Source: Candidatus Latescibacterota bacterium (GTDB taxonomy: Bacteria; Latescibacterota; UBA2968). Taken from it: a stretch of 64,000 bases of DNA. The translations under genes were made by a program, and so were the position numbers. Below are positions 55,613 to 64,000 of this stretch, in pieces. Every line of letters starts with the position of its first letter. The stretch's first letter is position 1. The stretch is taken from assembly GCA_965204375.1 (NCBI GenBank), contig OZ241986.1, positions 2,144,001-2,208,000 on the forward strand, written 5' to 3'. Below the pieces are notes generated by a model. It worked only from the letters and a program-made list of their open reading frames with translations, was not told the DNA's origin and did no database searches.

Positions 55613-57166
55613 TCAATTCGAATCGGCCTGGACAAAAGGCACCAGGAACGGAGGCGCACTCTTAAACAGAACAATATGATTTTGTGCATCCCATACATAC
55701 ACACCACCATCATGAGAGACAACCAAACCCGCAGGATCCAAAACCAGATCATCAGGAACGCTCCACTGTAATACAGGCTGTCCGTCAGCATTAAAAACCA
55801 TAACCCGATCTCGAGCCAGTACAAATACAGATCTGGGACCACTGCCAACCCACACGGGAAAAACACCATCGGGCAACACAACCTCTTCCCAAACAGGCTG
55901 TGACCCCATGTGGCTTGTATCTGTGCGCAATACCTCTCCCAATGTCGTCACCATCCAGATATCAGATCCCAAAACCGCCAGACTTTGGATCGCACCTTCA
56001 ATGTCCGTATCATAAGACCCACGTTCAATAATGGTATTTACATTAAATGAGAATGCCTTTAACCCCTGTCCAATACCCACCCAAATCGTGCCATCTCGCG
56101 CAATCGCCATCGCGGTAGGCAACTCAGAATCCGCAACGCGCCAGTCCTCGTATTGCCAGGGAATCTCAGAGATGCTCAACTGAGTTGACCGAAACGCAGA
56201 AAACTGCACCTCTCTGGTCTCTGGCAAAATGCCGCCGAGTAATACAGTGGGAAGAACACGGATTCCAGCAGAGACTGCGACAACTGAGAGAGATTCCAAT
56301 CGCAACCCCGCGCGGTTGGGCACGGGCAGCACGCGCGAACTACCCTCATATCCCGTATGGTTGACCTCGCGTATGGAAATGGCATCGGATGTCGCGAGCA
56401 ACGCCAGGGCGGGACTTGCAAAAGTAGTAGCGGCCGTCAAAGCCACAAACACATTCGGTGCCTCGACAATATTAAAATTATGCCGCCATTGATACGGGTA
56501 TATAAACATCTCGCGGCTTTCGAGCACCACATCGCGATCCATCGTATTCCGCAAGCGATACGTATATTTGTGGTTGCCCTCTATAATCACATCGGTAAAA
56601 CTCGCAACTTCGGGATCTTCAGACTGAAAAATCACCTGCGCTGCCGCATCATCTACAGCACGCAACAACTCATAGCGACGGGGAACACCTGCCGCCAAAT
56701 GCCAGTTGATAGTCGCTGTACCCTCTTCGGGCAAAAACTGGATCGTTTCCAATATCGCCCCGGGAATCTGCACCGAGCCTACGGTTGCTCTTGCTGGTTT
56801 CTTTTCGGCGGTTTCTGTATGCAGGCTATAACGGTGCTGTTCACCAGCCTGGATATCAAAATGCGCTATTGGCATCATCTCCCACACATCTGCACGGTGG
56901 TTCGCTTCCCGCGAAGGCGCAGGCAAATCACGCCAGGGAAATCCGCGCCAGCCATCGCGCTCACTGCGCCAAAAACGATAGCGCACCACAGGTTCAATAC
57001 CCAGATATTCCCATTCGAGTACAACCGCATTCTGCTCCTCGTCATATCTCAGATCAAAGGGGACCACAATCCGCGAATTAGCCGGATCAGTAGCGAGATC
57101 GCGCCTGGAATCACACCCGGCCAACACCAAAAGACACAGAAAAAAATATCTGACACTATTTCCCAT
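55613..57166 (-). CDS. Lipoprotein with FN3-like and beta-propeller-like regions
   Basis: Lipobox LAGC; YELLR...F.D...YTYRL. Confidence 0.6.
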   Translation of the reverse strand: MGNSVRYFFLCLLVLAGCDSRRDLATDPANSRIVVPFDLRYDEEQNAVVLEWEYLGIEPVVRYRFWRSERDGWRGFPWRDLPAPSREANHRADVWEMMPIAHFDIQAGEQHRYSLHTETAEKKPARATVGSVQIPGAILETIQFLPEEGTATINWHLAAGVPRRYELLRAVDDAAAQVIFQSEDPEVASFTDVIIEGNHKYTYRLRNTMDRDVVLESREMFIYPYQWRHNFNIVEAPNVFVALTAATTFASPALALLATSDAISIREVNHTGYEGSSRVLPVPNRAGLRLESLSVVAVSAGIRVLPTVLLGGILPETREVQFSAFRSTQLSISEIPWQYEDWRVADSELPTAMAIARDGTIWVGIGQGLKAFSFNVNTIIERGSYDTDIEGAIQSLAVLGSDIWMVTTLGEVLRTDTSHMGSQPVWEEVVLPDGVFPVWVGSGPRSVFVLARDRVMVFNADGQPVLQWSVPDDLVLDPAGLVVSHDGGVYVWDAQNHIVLFKSAPPFLVPFVQADSN

Positions 57167-60100
57167 ATCGAAACACAATCTCCTTTGAAACACGACGCTG
57201 TGCATTTAAATCTTCCACGATAATTTTCACCCGGTTGCGTCCCTGTTTCGCCTTTGTCAGATCGACAAATTGATAAACCTGCACGCTCGGCTGTGTATCC
57301 ACCTGTTCAAACGACATCGACACTTCGGGATTGACCTCCTGACCGGTCAACAGCATTCGCAAACCCTCTACCTGTTCCAGAGCCGCAATCTGAATGGTCA
57401 CGCGATAGCGCGTCTGCCCAAACTCGTCTGCCACCAGATTATACACCTCAAAATACAACCCCATCTCCTGTCCAACGAGAAATGCGCGCGTAGGCAAAGG
57501 CAGCACGCGCAAATTCTTTCGGCGAAAAGAATCATCTACATCCGTCTCGTCAATCTGCGCGGCCAATACCGGATCGCTAATCTGCAATTCCGAATCGCCA
57601 TAAGGCTCAACCGCAATAACCTGCCGCAACAAACTGACGCGATTGGCACTGACATTCTCCGCCTTCACCGTCAAATGATAGGTGCCGGGCGGTACGGGCA
57701 AGGTCAATAAATCAGTCAGCATGGCATTCGAATCAGATGGCGTGTCTTTCCGCACAACCGTTCGACTCGTGCGAAACGCGCGGTTTGTAACCGAATCATA
57801 AAGCGCAATAGATAGTGTCAAATCGCCTCTGCCAATCTTCTCCACATCCAGCGGCAAACCATAAGCCACATCCACCTGCGTCATGAAATACCCCCCGCGC
57901 GCATCGGCCACATCGTAATAAAATTCCAACTCCCGCGTTTGCCACCACGGCCGATATTGCTCTGGCATCTCGCCTACGGCCTGCATATAAACCGTTTCCG
58001 GCGCGTTTTCTTGAATCCGCGCTATGGATCGCATCCCCGGCGGCTGGCGCAGCGGAATCGGCGCAAAATTGAAATGCCCCGATCCCATCTCATCCGTAAA
58101 TGTAATCTCCATCCCCCCACCAACCGTCACATACACCCACGATTCCCAGGGCACGAGACTATTATCTTCCCCGGAGGTAACGGGCAAATATCCATCGCCT
58201 ATAACGTGAGAAGCCACAGCTCTTCTCCCCGTCATCATCCCAAACGAATCGGCCATCATCGCACGCGAACTCCGCACGGGAAACACCGTGCCCACGAGCG
58301 CGCCCCTGGAGGAGCGAGTGTACAACTGCGCGTACAAATCGTCTTTTACCCGCTGCACCGCAACACTCATCACCTCTGGCGCGCGCCCAGACCGCGAGCG
58401 ATAATCCGGCTCACCATAGCGCAAATACACCTCACCGCGCCGATCCCATGGATACGCAGACCCTGCGAAATATTGCCGCGCCATCCACACACGCTGATAG
58501 TGTTCTTGCAAACGCTCATTCACTTCTGTAGTCGGGTCCAGATCCTTTTGCATCCAGAATCGATCGATAAAATCTTGCTTCTCCGCATCGGAAAGCGCAT
58601 TGTAGATCGCGCGTTGGGCATCTGACAAAATAGGAGATGGATCGACGTACAACGCCAGCGTCTGTGCATCAATCTGTTCCAAAAACCGATCCCAATACAC
58701 CGAAGCGCGTTCGTAATCCCCCGCCCGATAAGCCCATTGTGCTGCAACGGGCAACAAATCGAGTGCCCCGGGATGGCGTTTCATAAATGGCAAAATCTGT
58801 CGCTCTATCGCCTGCTGATCCTCCATACGCAACAACACAGCACCCAGCTTTGTCACCGCATCAACATCATCCGGTTCTATGGACAAATAGTGCGTATAAT
58901 ACGCAGCGGCTGTTGTATTGTCCTGAGACAAAGCGTAAAAATCATCGCGCGCAAACCAGTCACCCAACAACTGATAGGGCGCGCTATACGTCGAATCAAT
59001 CGCGATCGCCCGAGACGCCATATCCACGCACTGACTCGTACCGATATCAAAATACACCGACGCCAGTTGGTAATACAAATCTGCGCGCGTCGTATCCGCT
59101 TCTATAGCGCGATAAAAATACGAAACTGCGCGCTGCCGAAGGGCTGGGCGTCGCGCATAAACCCGTCCTAACCCCTCATAGGCCAGCACCCGGCTATCCT
59201 CAAAAGACTCGGCTTTCAAAAATGCCTCTTCAGCATCGCTCAAAAGCCCGCGTTCCAGCGCGACCATACCCCGATTCACCCAGCCCGGTCCGTCTTGAGG
59301 TTCCGGCTGATTAGCCCAGGCATCCGTCTGAGTGCCCGATTTAACCTTTGCCAATCCCGCGACCAGATCTGTGGCAATCGTCTGCGACAAATCGTCAAAT
59401 CGATCCTTGCGCCAGACGCGCCGACCATTGGCACTGCCCGCCCACAAAATACGACCAGACGACGTATCAATCAGCCGCAGTGCAACCCCCACAGCATTGA
59501 TCGCATTGTCCTTGCCCGTAGCCATCAAACTACCGCATAAAACAGCATCTGCCTTATGCGACAACAACGTCCTATCTGCAGTACTCAGGCGCGCGCCTAC
59601 CGGCTGTGATATATCCAATCTATCAAATAACCCATCACCTATCATACCCTCTCTAATCAACCGCTCATACCCGCCCACCAGCGCTGTTTGCGAAGTGTGC
59701 AAAGGCGCGAATATCACCTGCAATGGCCATTCATCTGACCGCATCATCTTACCATGCCGATTGGCTTCCTGAAAGCCGAGTTGCGCCATCAAATTGCCCA
59801 GTGCAATCTCTCCTATATCGCGCTGGGCATAAATCCACTGCCATTTGACATCATCTCGCGCCTTGCCCATCCAAATGGGTTCTCCAGTATCCAAATCCAC
59901 AATCCGCACATGCAATGTGCGCGTCCCGGCATCAGAAACAAATCCGATCAACGCCCGATCTGCACGGGCTGCTGTTTTCAACAAAAATAGATCATAGTCT
60001 TTCAACGCCTGTTTTGTCTCCACCATCCCCATCATCTTGATCCGTGGAATCGTATCAGGCTCCACCAGTTCAAACCAGCGCCCCTGATAGGCGGGAATAT

Positions 60101-60293
60101 CCCGATGGCGCATCAACTCATCTACCAGACGGTCAGCCATAAAAACCCCGTAATCGGGATCCTTCTCCGAAAGTAGTGGAAACACCGCCAGACGAGGAAC
60201 CGCTTCACGCTGCGGCAACACCTCCTCACACTGCACCGCTGAGGAAAACACGAGCAATAAAATTGAAAGAAGATATCTCATTGTATTTTGCAT
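57156..60293 (-). CDS. Large exported protein: TPR repeats + GWxTD-like domain
   Basis: FW.QKD.DP.T.VNE...EH..RV..A...F....WDRRG.VY.RYGEPD; WESW.Y. Confidence 0.8.
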   Translation of the reverse strand: MQNTMRYLLSILLLVFSSAVQCEEVLPQREAVPRLAVFPLLSEKDPDYGVFMADRLVDELMRHRDIPAYQGRWFELVEPDTIPRIKMMGMVETKQALKDYDLFLLKTAARADRALIGFVSDAGTRTLHVRIVDLDTGEPIWMGKARDDVKWQWIYAQRDIGEIALGNLMAQLGFQEANRHGKMMRSDEWPLQVIFAPLHTSQTALVGGYERLIREGMIGDGLFDRLDISQPVGARLSTADRTLLSHKADAVLCGSLMATGKDNAINAVGVALRLIDTSSGRILWAGSANGRRVWRKDRFDDLSQTIATDLVAGLAKVKSGTQTDAWANQPEPQDGPGWVNRGMVALERGLLSDAEEAFLKAESFEDSRVLAYEGLGRVYARRPALRQRAVSYFYRAIEADTTRADLYYQLASVYFDIGTSQCVDMASRAIAIDSTYSAPYQLLGDWFARDDFYALSQDNTTAAAYYTHYLSIEPDDVDAVTKLGAVLLRMEDQQAIERQILPFMKRHPGALDLLPVAAQWAYRAGDYERASVYWDRFLEQIDAQTLALYVDPSPILSDAQRAIYNALSDAEKQDFIDRFWMQKDLDPTTEVNERLQEHYQRVWMARQYFAGSAYPWDRRGEVYLRYGEPDYRSRSGRAPEVMSVAVQRVKDDLYAQLYTRSSRGALVGTVFPVRSSRAMMADSFGMMTGRRAVASHVIGDGYLPVTSGEDNSLVPWESWVYVTVGGGMEITFTDEMGSGHFNFAPIPLRQPPGMRSIARIQENAPETVYMQAVGEMPEQYRPWWQTRELEFYYDVADARGGYFMTQVDVAYGLPLDVEKIGRGDLTLSIALYDSVTNRAFRTSRTVVRKDTPSDSNAMLTDLLTLPVPPGTYHLTVKAENVSANRVSLLRQVIAVEPYGDSELQISDPVLAAQIDETDVDDSFRRKNLRVLPLPTRAFLVGQEMGLYFEVYNLVADEFGQTRYRVTIQIAALEQVEGLRMLLTGQEVNPEVSMSFEQVDTQPSVQVYQFVDLTKAKQGRNRVKIIVEDLNAQRRVSKEIVFRYGK

Positions 60294-60522
60294 TATGGCA
60301 TCTCGGTCTTAAAGTACTGATTGAAAAATTTTCAGACTCCCGGACAGTCAATCCCTCTTACCGCGATCTTGCCATTCTTAGCTCTTTCATTTTTTAAAAT
60401 GATTTTATGCGAAATAATTAGCATATAAATTTCAAAAAAAATAGCCAATTAAAAACTCGTTGTCAAGATTAGATCAAATTGTTGGTGGATACCGCAAAGG
60501 ACGTTGGTGTTGCGTTGAGCCA

Positions 60523-61908
60523 GAGGTATATTCAAAAGTTGTGGATGAGTAAAAGAAAAGAGCGTATCCTATAGTATCACAAAAACCTAAAATCCCTCCA
60601 GGAGGGAGAAAGGACACGCTCGTGAAAGAATATACCCCATTTGAAGTGGAAAGCATAGTGCAAGATACACTGGCCGAGAGCCTCGAGGAAGTCATAAGAA
60701 ATGGTGCGCGTAAGATGTTATGTGCCGCCTTGCGGTATGAAGTGAATGAATACATAGCCCGATTTGCTGATCAGGTGGATGAAAAGGGTCATCGTGAGGT
60801 GGTCAAAAATGGGTATCATCCTGCCCGAGAAGTCACCACTGGTATTGGTAAAATACCCGTCAAACAACCCCGCGTTCACGATCGTCGAGACGGGGAGCAC
60901 TTCACCAGTGCGATCCTGCCTAAATATGCCCGTCGCAGTCCGAGCATTGATACATTGATCCCCACACTGTATCTGAAAGGGGTCTCTACCTCGGCCTTCC
61001 CACAAGCACTCGAAGCGATCTTAGGCAAAGGCGCACCAGGGCTTTCACCAGCCAATATCACGCGCTTAAAGCGTATTTGGGAAGACGAGTATAAACAATG
61101 GCAAAAGCGCGACTTGCACGATAAAGCCTATGTCTATATCTGGGCAGACGGTATCTATTTTAACGTACGCCTGTCTGATGATCGCCCCTGTGTTCTCGTG
61201 CTCATTGGTGCCACAGCAGAAGGTAAAAAGGAAGTCCTTGCCATAGAGCAGGGACAGCGTGAGAGCACCTTATCTTGGAAAACCCTCTTACTGGATGTCA
61301 AAGCACGCGGGTTGCGCCTTGCCCCTGCGCTTGCCATAGGCGATGGGGCAATGGGCTTCTGGCACGCATTGGAAGAGACATTCCCTGCCACGAAACATCA
61401 GCGCTGCTGGGTGCATAAGAGTGCTAATGTGTTGGATAAGCTACCCAAATCTGTGCAGCCGGATGCCAAGAGACTCCTTCAAGATATGTATCAGTCGCCG
61501 ACAAAAGAGGCCGCGCACAAGGTCTATGACCACTTCTTGAGTCTGTATCAGGATCGCTATGAAAAAGCCTGTGACTGCCTCACCAAAGATTTTGAGGTGC
61601 TCTTCACCTTTTATGATTTTCCTGCCAAACACTGGATCCATTTACGCACCACCAACCCGATTGAATCGACTTTTGCTACCGTCAGGCATCGCACGAGGCA
61701 GACAAAAGGCTGCGGATCGGTCAAAGCCACAATGGCGATGGTGTATAAACTGGCTCTTGAAGCTGAAAAAACATGGGTCAGATTACGCGGTTACAAGCTC
61801 ATACCCCTCGTCATTGACGGGGTGAAATTCGTAGATGGTGAACGCAAAATCGCTGCATAATCATAAAGGATGCGTTCTAAACCCATCCACAACATTTGAC
61901 AATATCTC
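60523..61908 (+). mobile_element. Complete IS256-family insertion sequence with 9-bp TSD
   Basis: IRL GAGGTATATTCAAAAGTTGTGGATG, IRR(rc) GAGATATTGTCAAATGTTGTGGATG; TSD gttgagcca at 60514-60522 and 61909-61917. Confidence 0.95.
60622..61860 (+). CDS. IS256 family transposase
   Basis: LYLKGVST, YIWADG, IGDG..G, QRCWVHK, RTTNPIES. Confidence 0.96.
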   Translation: MKEYTPFEVESIVQDTLAESLEEVIRNGARKMLCAALRYEVNEYIARFADQVDEKGHREVVKNGYHPAREVTTGIGKIPVKQPRVHDRRDGEHFTSAILPKYARRSPSIDTLIPTLYLKGVSTSAFPQALEAILGKGAPGLSPANITRLKRIWEDEYKQWQKRDLHDKAYVYIWADGIYFNVRLSDDRPCVLVLIGATAEGKKEVLAIEQGQRESTLSWKTLLLDVKARGLRLAPALAIGDGAMGFWHALEETFPATKHQRCWVHKSANVLDKLPKSVQPDAKRLLQDMYQSPTKEAAHKVYDHFLSLYQDRYEKACDCLTKDFEVLFTFYDFPAKHWIHLRTTNPIESTFATVRHRTRQTKGCGSVKATMAMVYKLALEAEKTWVRLRGYKLIPLVIDGVKFVDGERKIAA

Positions 61909-61939
61909 GTTGAGCCACGCTCTGATGTTTGCAACCGCT

Positions 61940-62842
61940 TTAAGTAATTACAATACGTCTCGGACCGATTGGCCTGCTCGCTGGTAAAACGGGCGTAGAT
62001 GGAAAAGGTCTTGTGCGATCACTGAGTTCACACAGCGCGCGAACCCGTTCTTCTGTCGGAGGATGTGTGCGAAGCCAGCGCGGACCGGTCCTGGCATCAG
62101 AGGTATAAATAAATCGAAAACGGCGTTGCAAGCGGGAAAGGTAACGGTTCGCCTGTTCCAATTTGATCAGGGCATTGCCCAAACCACCGGGATCGCCAGT
62201 GAGCATCACAGCATCGCGATCCGCGAGAAATTCCCGCGTACGCATCAGGGTTGCATGGAGAAAAATGGCGCCATAAGGTGCGATACTGGTGAGCAAGATC
62301 AAAGGGATCAGATTTGTACCAATGCTTAACCACGCACCAGAAATGAAGAGCAAAAAGACCAGAATACCAAACAAAGTCGAAAGAAAAGATATGGCTCGCA
62401 CAAATAATCCAGCAGAAAGATTTAACAAGCTATCGCGATTTTTGAGATGTGCAAATTCGTGTGCGAGAACACCTGCGACTTCACGCCTATCGAGCAATCG
62501 CAGCACCCCGGAGCTAAGTGCCACAACGCCATTGCCAACGCCGAGTGCAAAGGCATTGGGCATATCCGAAGGGTATATCGCCAGACTGGGTGTCGGAATA
62601 TTGGCCCGCAAGGCAAGGGTTTTGGTAATGCGGTGCAACTCTGGCATTTCCCACTCTGAAATTGGACGTGCGCGATGAAACGAGAGTATCATCCGCGCAG
62701 ATCCACTCAGGGAAAACAGGTTGAATATGAGACTACCAGCGATAATAAGCACAACGCCGGTCCAGCCAAAAAGGGAATAAGCTACGAGAGCAAACAGCCC
62801 CACGATGCCGGCGAGTATTGCGAGGGATTGGAAGCGATACAT
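61940..62842 (-). CDS. htpX: M48 family zinc metalloprotease (HtpX-like)
   Basis: PNAFA, AHEFAH (HExxH), REFLADR, THPP..ER; TM helices. Confidence 0.85.
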   Translation of the reverse strand: MYRFQSLAILAGIVGLFALVAYSLFGWTGVVLIIAGSLIFNLFSLSGSARMILSFHRARPISEWEMPELHRITKTLALRANIPTPSLAIYPSDMPNAFALGVGNGVVALSSGVLRLLDRREVAGVLAHEFAHLKNRDSLLNLSAGLFVRAISFLSTLFGILVFLLFISGAWLSIGTNLIPLILLTSIAPYGAIFLHATLMRTREFLADRDAVMLTGDPGGLGNALIKLEQANRYLSRLQRRFRFIYTSDARTGPRWLRTHPPTEERVRALCELSDRTRPFPSTPVLPASRPIGPRRIVIT

Positions 62843-63059
62843 TGTGATCTCCTACTGAGGTGAGAGAGCTAACGGGGTCACTACTCCCAAAATTATGCAA
62901 AGATCGTGCCTGAAACACCAATATGAATAAGATATTGATAATAAAAATCTTATATTCCTGAAGAAAAAACAAAATACACAAGCGAATGCCAATTTGACGG
63001 ACCGAAATGGCAAGGGGTAAAAACGGCAGGACGAAATGTCGGGATTTTTGTCTGTACAC

Positions 63060-63100
63060 AAAAAACGGCGGTGGATTATTATGTCCACTGCCGTTTTTTT
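63060..63100. terminator. Intrinsic terminator (bidirectional-type hairpin)
   Basis: aaaaaacggcggtgga-ttattatg-tccactgccgttttttt downstream of the 63125 gene. Confidence 0.75.
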
Positions 63101-63124
63101 AATCACTACAGCCAAATTTGAAAC

Positions 63125-63622
63125 TCAGAGTTGAAAATTCAATCCAACAGAGAAAGGTTGCTCAAGAATACCTTCTGCCTTCGCTATGGGAATCGTCCAG
63201 AATGTATTGAGATTCAGGGCAACCCGCTTATGCAAAGAAATAAGCGCCCCGATCTTTGGTTGAAAGAAAACACCGGAGTTTTCAGGTCGATAAATCGTAC
63301 CACCCGAAAGCGTATAATAAAATCTGAACCGCCCCACAATCTTATGAACATTGCGGATACCCACACCAAGCGTAAACTGACGCCTACCGTCTGATTCCCA
63401 GGGATGTTTATTGATCTGATCGCCATAAGCCATTGCAACCTCCAGGCCAATAGATGGTTTCAGACCCAACACGCCCAATAGCTTTACTCGAGATTGGTAA
63501 CCATCAACTGGAGAATTTGCAAATTCTCCTTCCACGCCGATATAGTTGTGTTTCGTTTCCTCGGCAGCAACCGGACTGAACAGAAGCATCAAAAACATTG
63601 AGAAACAAAGTAATTTTTTCAT
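63125..63622 (-). CDS. Small exported outer-membrane beta-barrel-like protein
   Basis: Signal peptide MKKLLCF...VAA; alternating beta pattern; ends SVGLNFQL. Confidence 0.6.
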   Translation of the reverse strand: MKKLLCFSMFLMLLFSPVAAEETKHNYIGVEGEFANSPVDGYQSRVKLLGVLGLKPSIGLEVAMAYGDQINKHPWESDGRRQFTLGVGIRNVHKIVGRFRFYYTLSGGTIYRPENSGVFFQPKIGALISLHKRVALNLNTFWTIPIAKAEGILEQPFSVGLNFQL

Positions 63623-63646
63623 CTATAGCTCCTCCTTGAGTTGTAT

Positions 63647-63883
63647 CTATATTGTTCGGTACCTTTTTATAGCATCATCAATTGTCTGAGCTTTGATTCC
63701 GCCTTTTCGCCGCACTTCGGAATAAATGGCCTGTACATCTTTAAAGAGTTGTTCTTTCCAGCCGAATTTCTCGTGTAATTTTAAGAAGGCCTCAATCGCC
63801 GCCTGTAAGTTTCCGTCATAGTCATCTCTTACAATATCCCGGAAATGTTTTTCAAGACCTCTCGGCAAATCTATGGAAATCAT
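63647..63883 (-). CDS. Small hypothetical protein (RHH/antitoxin-like)
   Basis: 78 aa, MISIDLP N-terminal strand followed by helices; RBS GAGG. Confidence 0.45.
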   Translation of the reverse strand: MISIDLPRGLEKHFRDIVRDDYDGNLQAAIEAFLKLHEKFGWKEQLFKDVQAIYSEVRRKGGIKAQTIDDAIKRYRTI

Positions 63884-64000
63884 ATTAACCTCGACTTAGA
63901 ATGGGGCTGTGTCAAACTCACTCCCCAAACACCTCATCACCTGTACATAAAAACTAAACTCTTGAATAAAAACGAATTTATTGTGAAAAAGCAATCAGAT

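Noticed and set aside
60474-60522. IR-like tcaaattgttggtggat and a weak hairpin at the IS256 target site
   Set aside because: The match is short and gapped, and the hairpin relies on many G-U pairs; not distinguishable from chance
62733-63115. Short minus-strand ORFs upstream of htpX
   Set aside because: AT-rich promoter/terminator region, no RBS or motifs

Overview
This is a gene-dense bacterial window, mostly minus-strand, with a catabolic gene set: 7 PhyH-type Fe(II)/2OG oxygenase genes, 4 sulfatase-family genes, Gfo/Idh/MocA, AKR and MDR oxidoreductases, a GH4 and a sialidase-like protein. It also holds a TonB receptor / T9SS-type cargo / PorV / DUF6785 / Na-symporter cluster. The content resembles FCB-superphylum organisms such as Latescibacterota-like marine or sponge symbionts (inference only). 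Accessory material includes a complete IS256 with 9-bp TSD, two TA pairs, several orphan TA-type genes, a gene inserted with a ~100-bp duplication, a purN remnant and many intergenic short-repeat elements. The best candidate for an undescribed system is a translationally coupled three-gene operon at 9339-14682 made only of unusual fusions (GT4 + radical SAM/SPASM; His-rich WG repeats + O-methyltransferase; histidine phosphatase + CCA/poly(A)-polymerase-type nucleotidyltransferase). Also notable are a PhyH clade lacking the HxD carboxylate (HxG/HxS, halogenase-like), and a conserved intergenic core flanked by different inverted tandem repeats. No rRNA, tRNA or CRISPR array was recognised. All calls come from motifs read by eye; no database searches were run.
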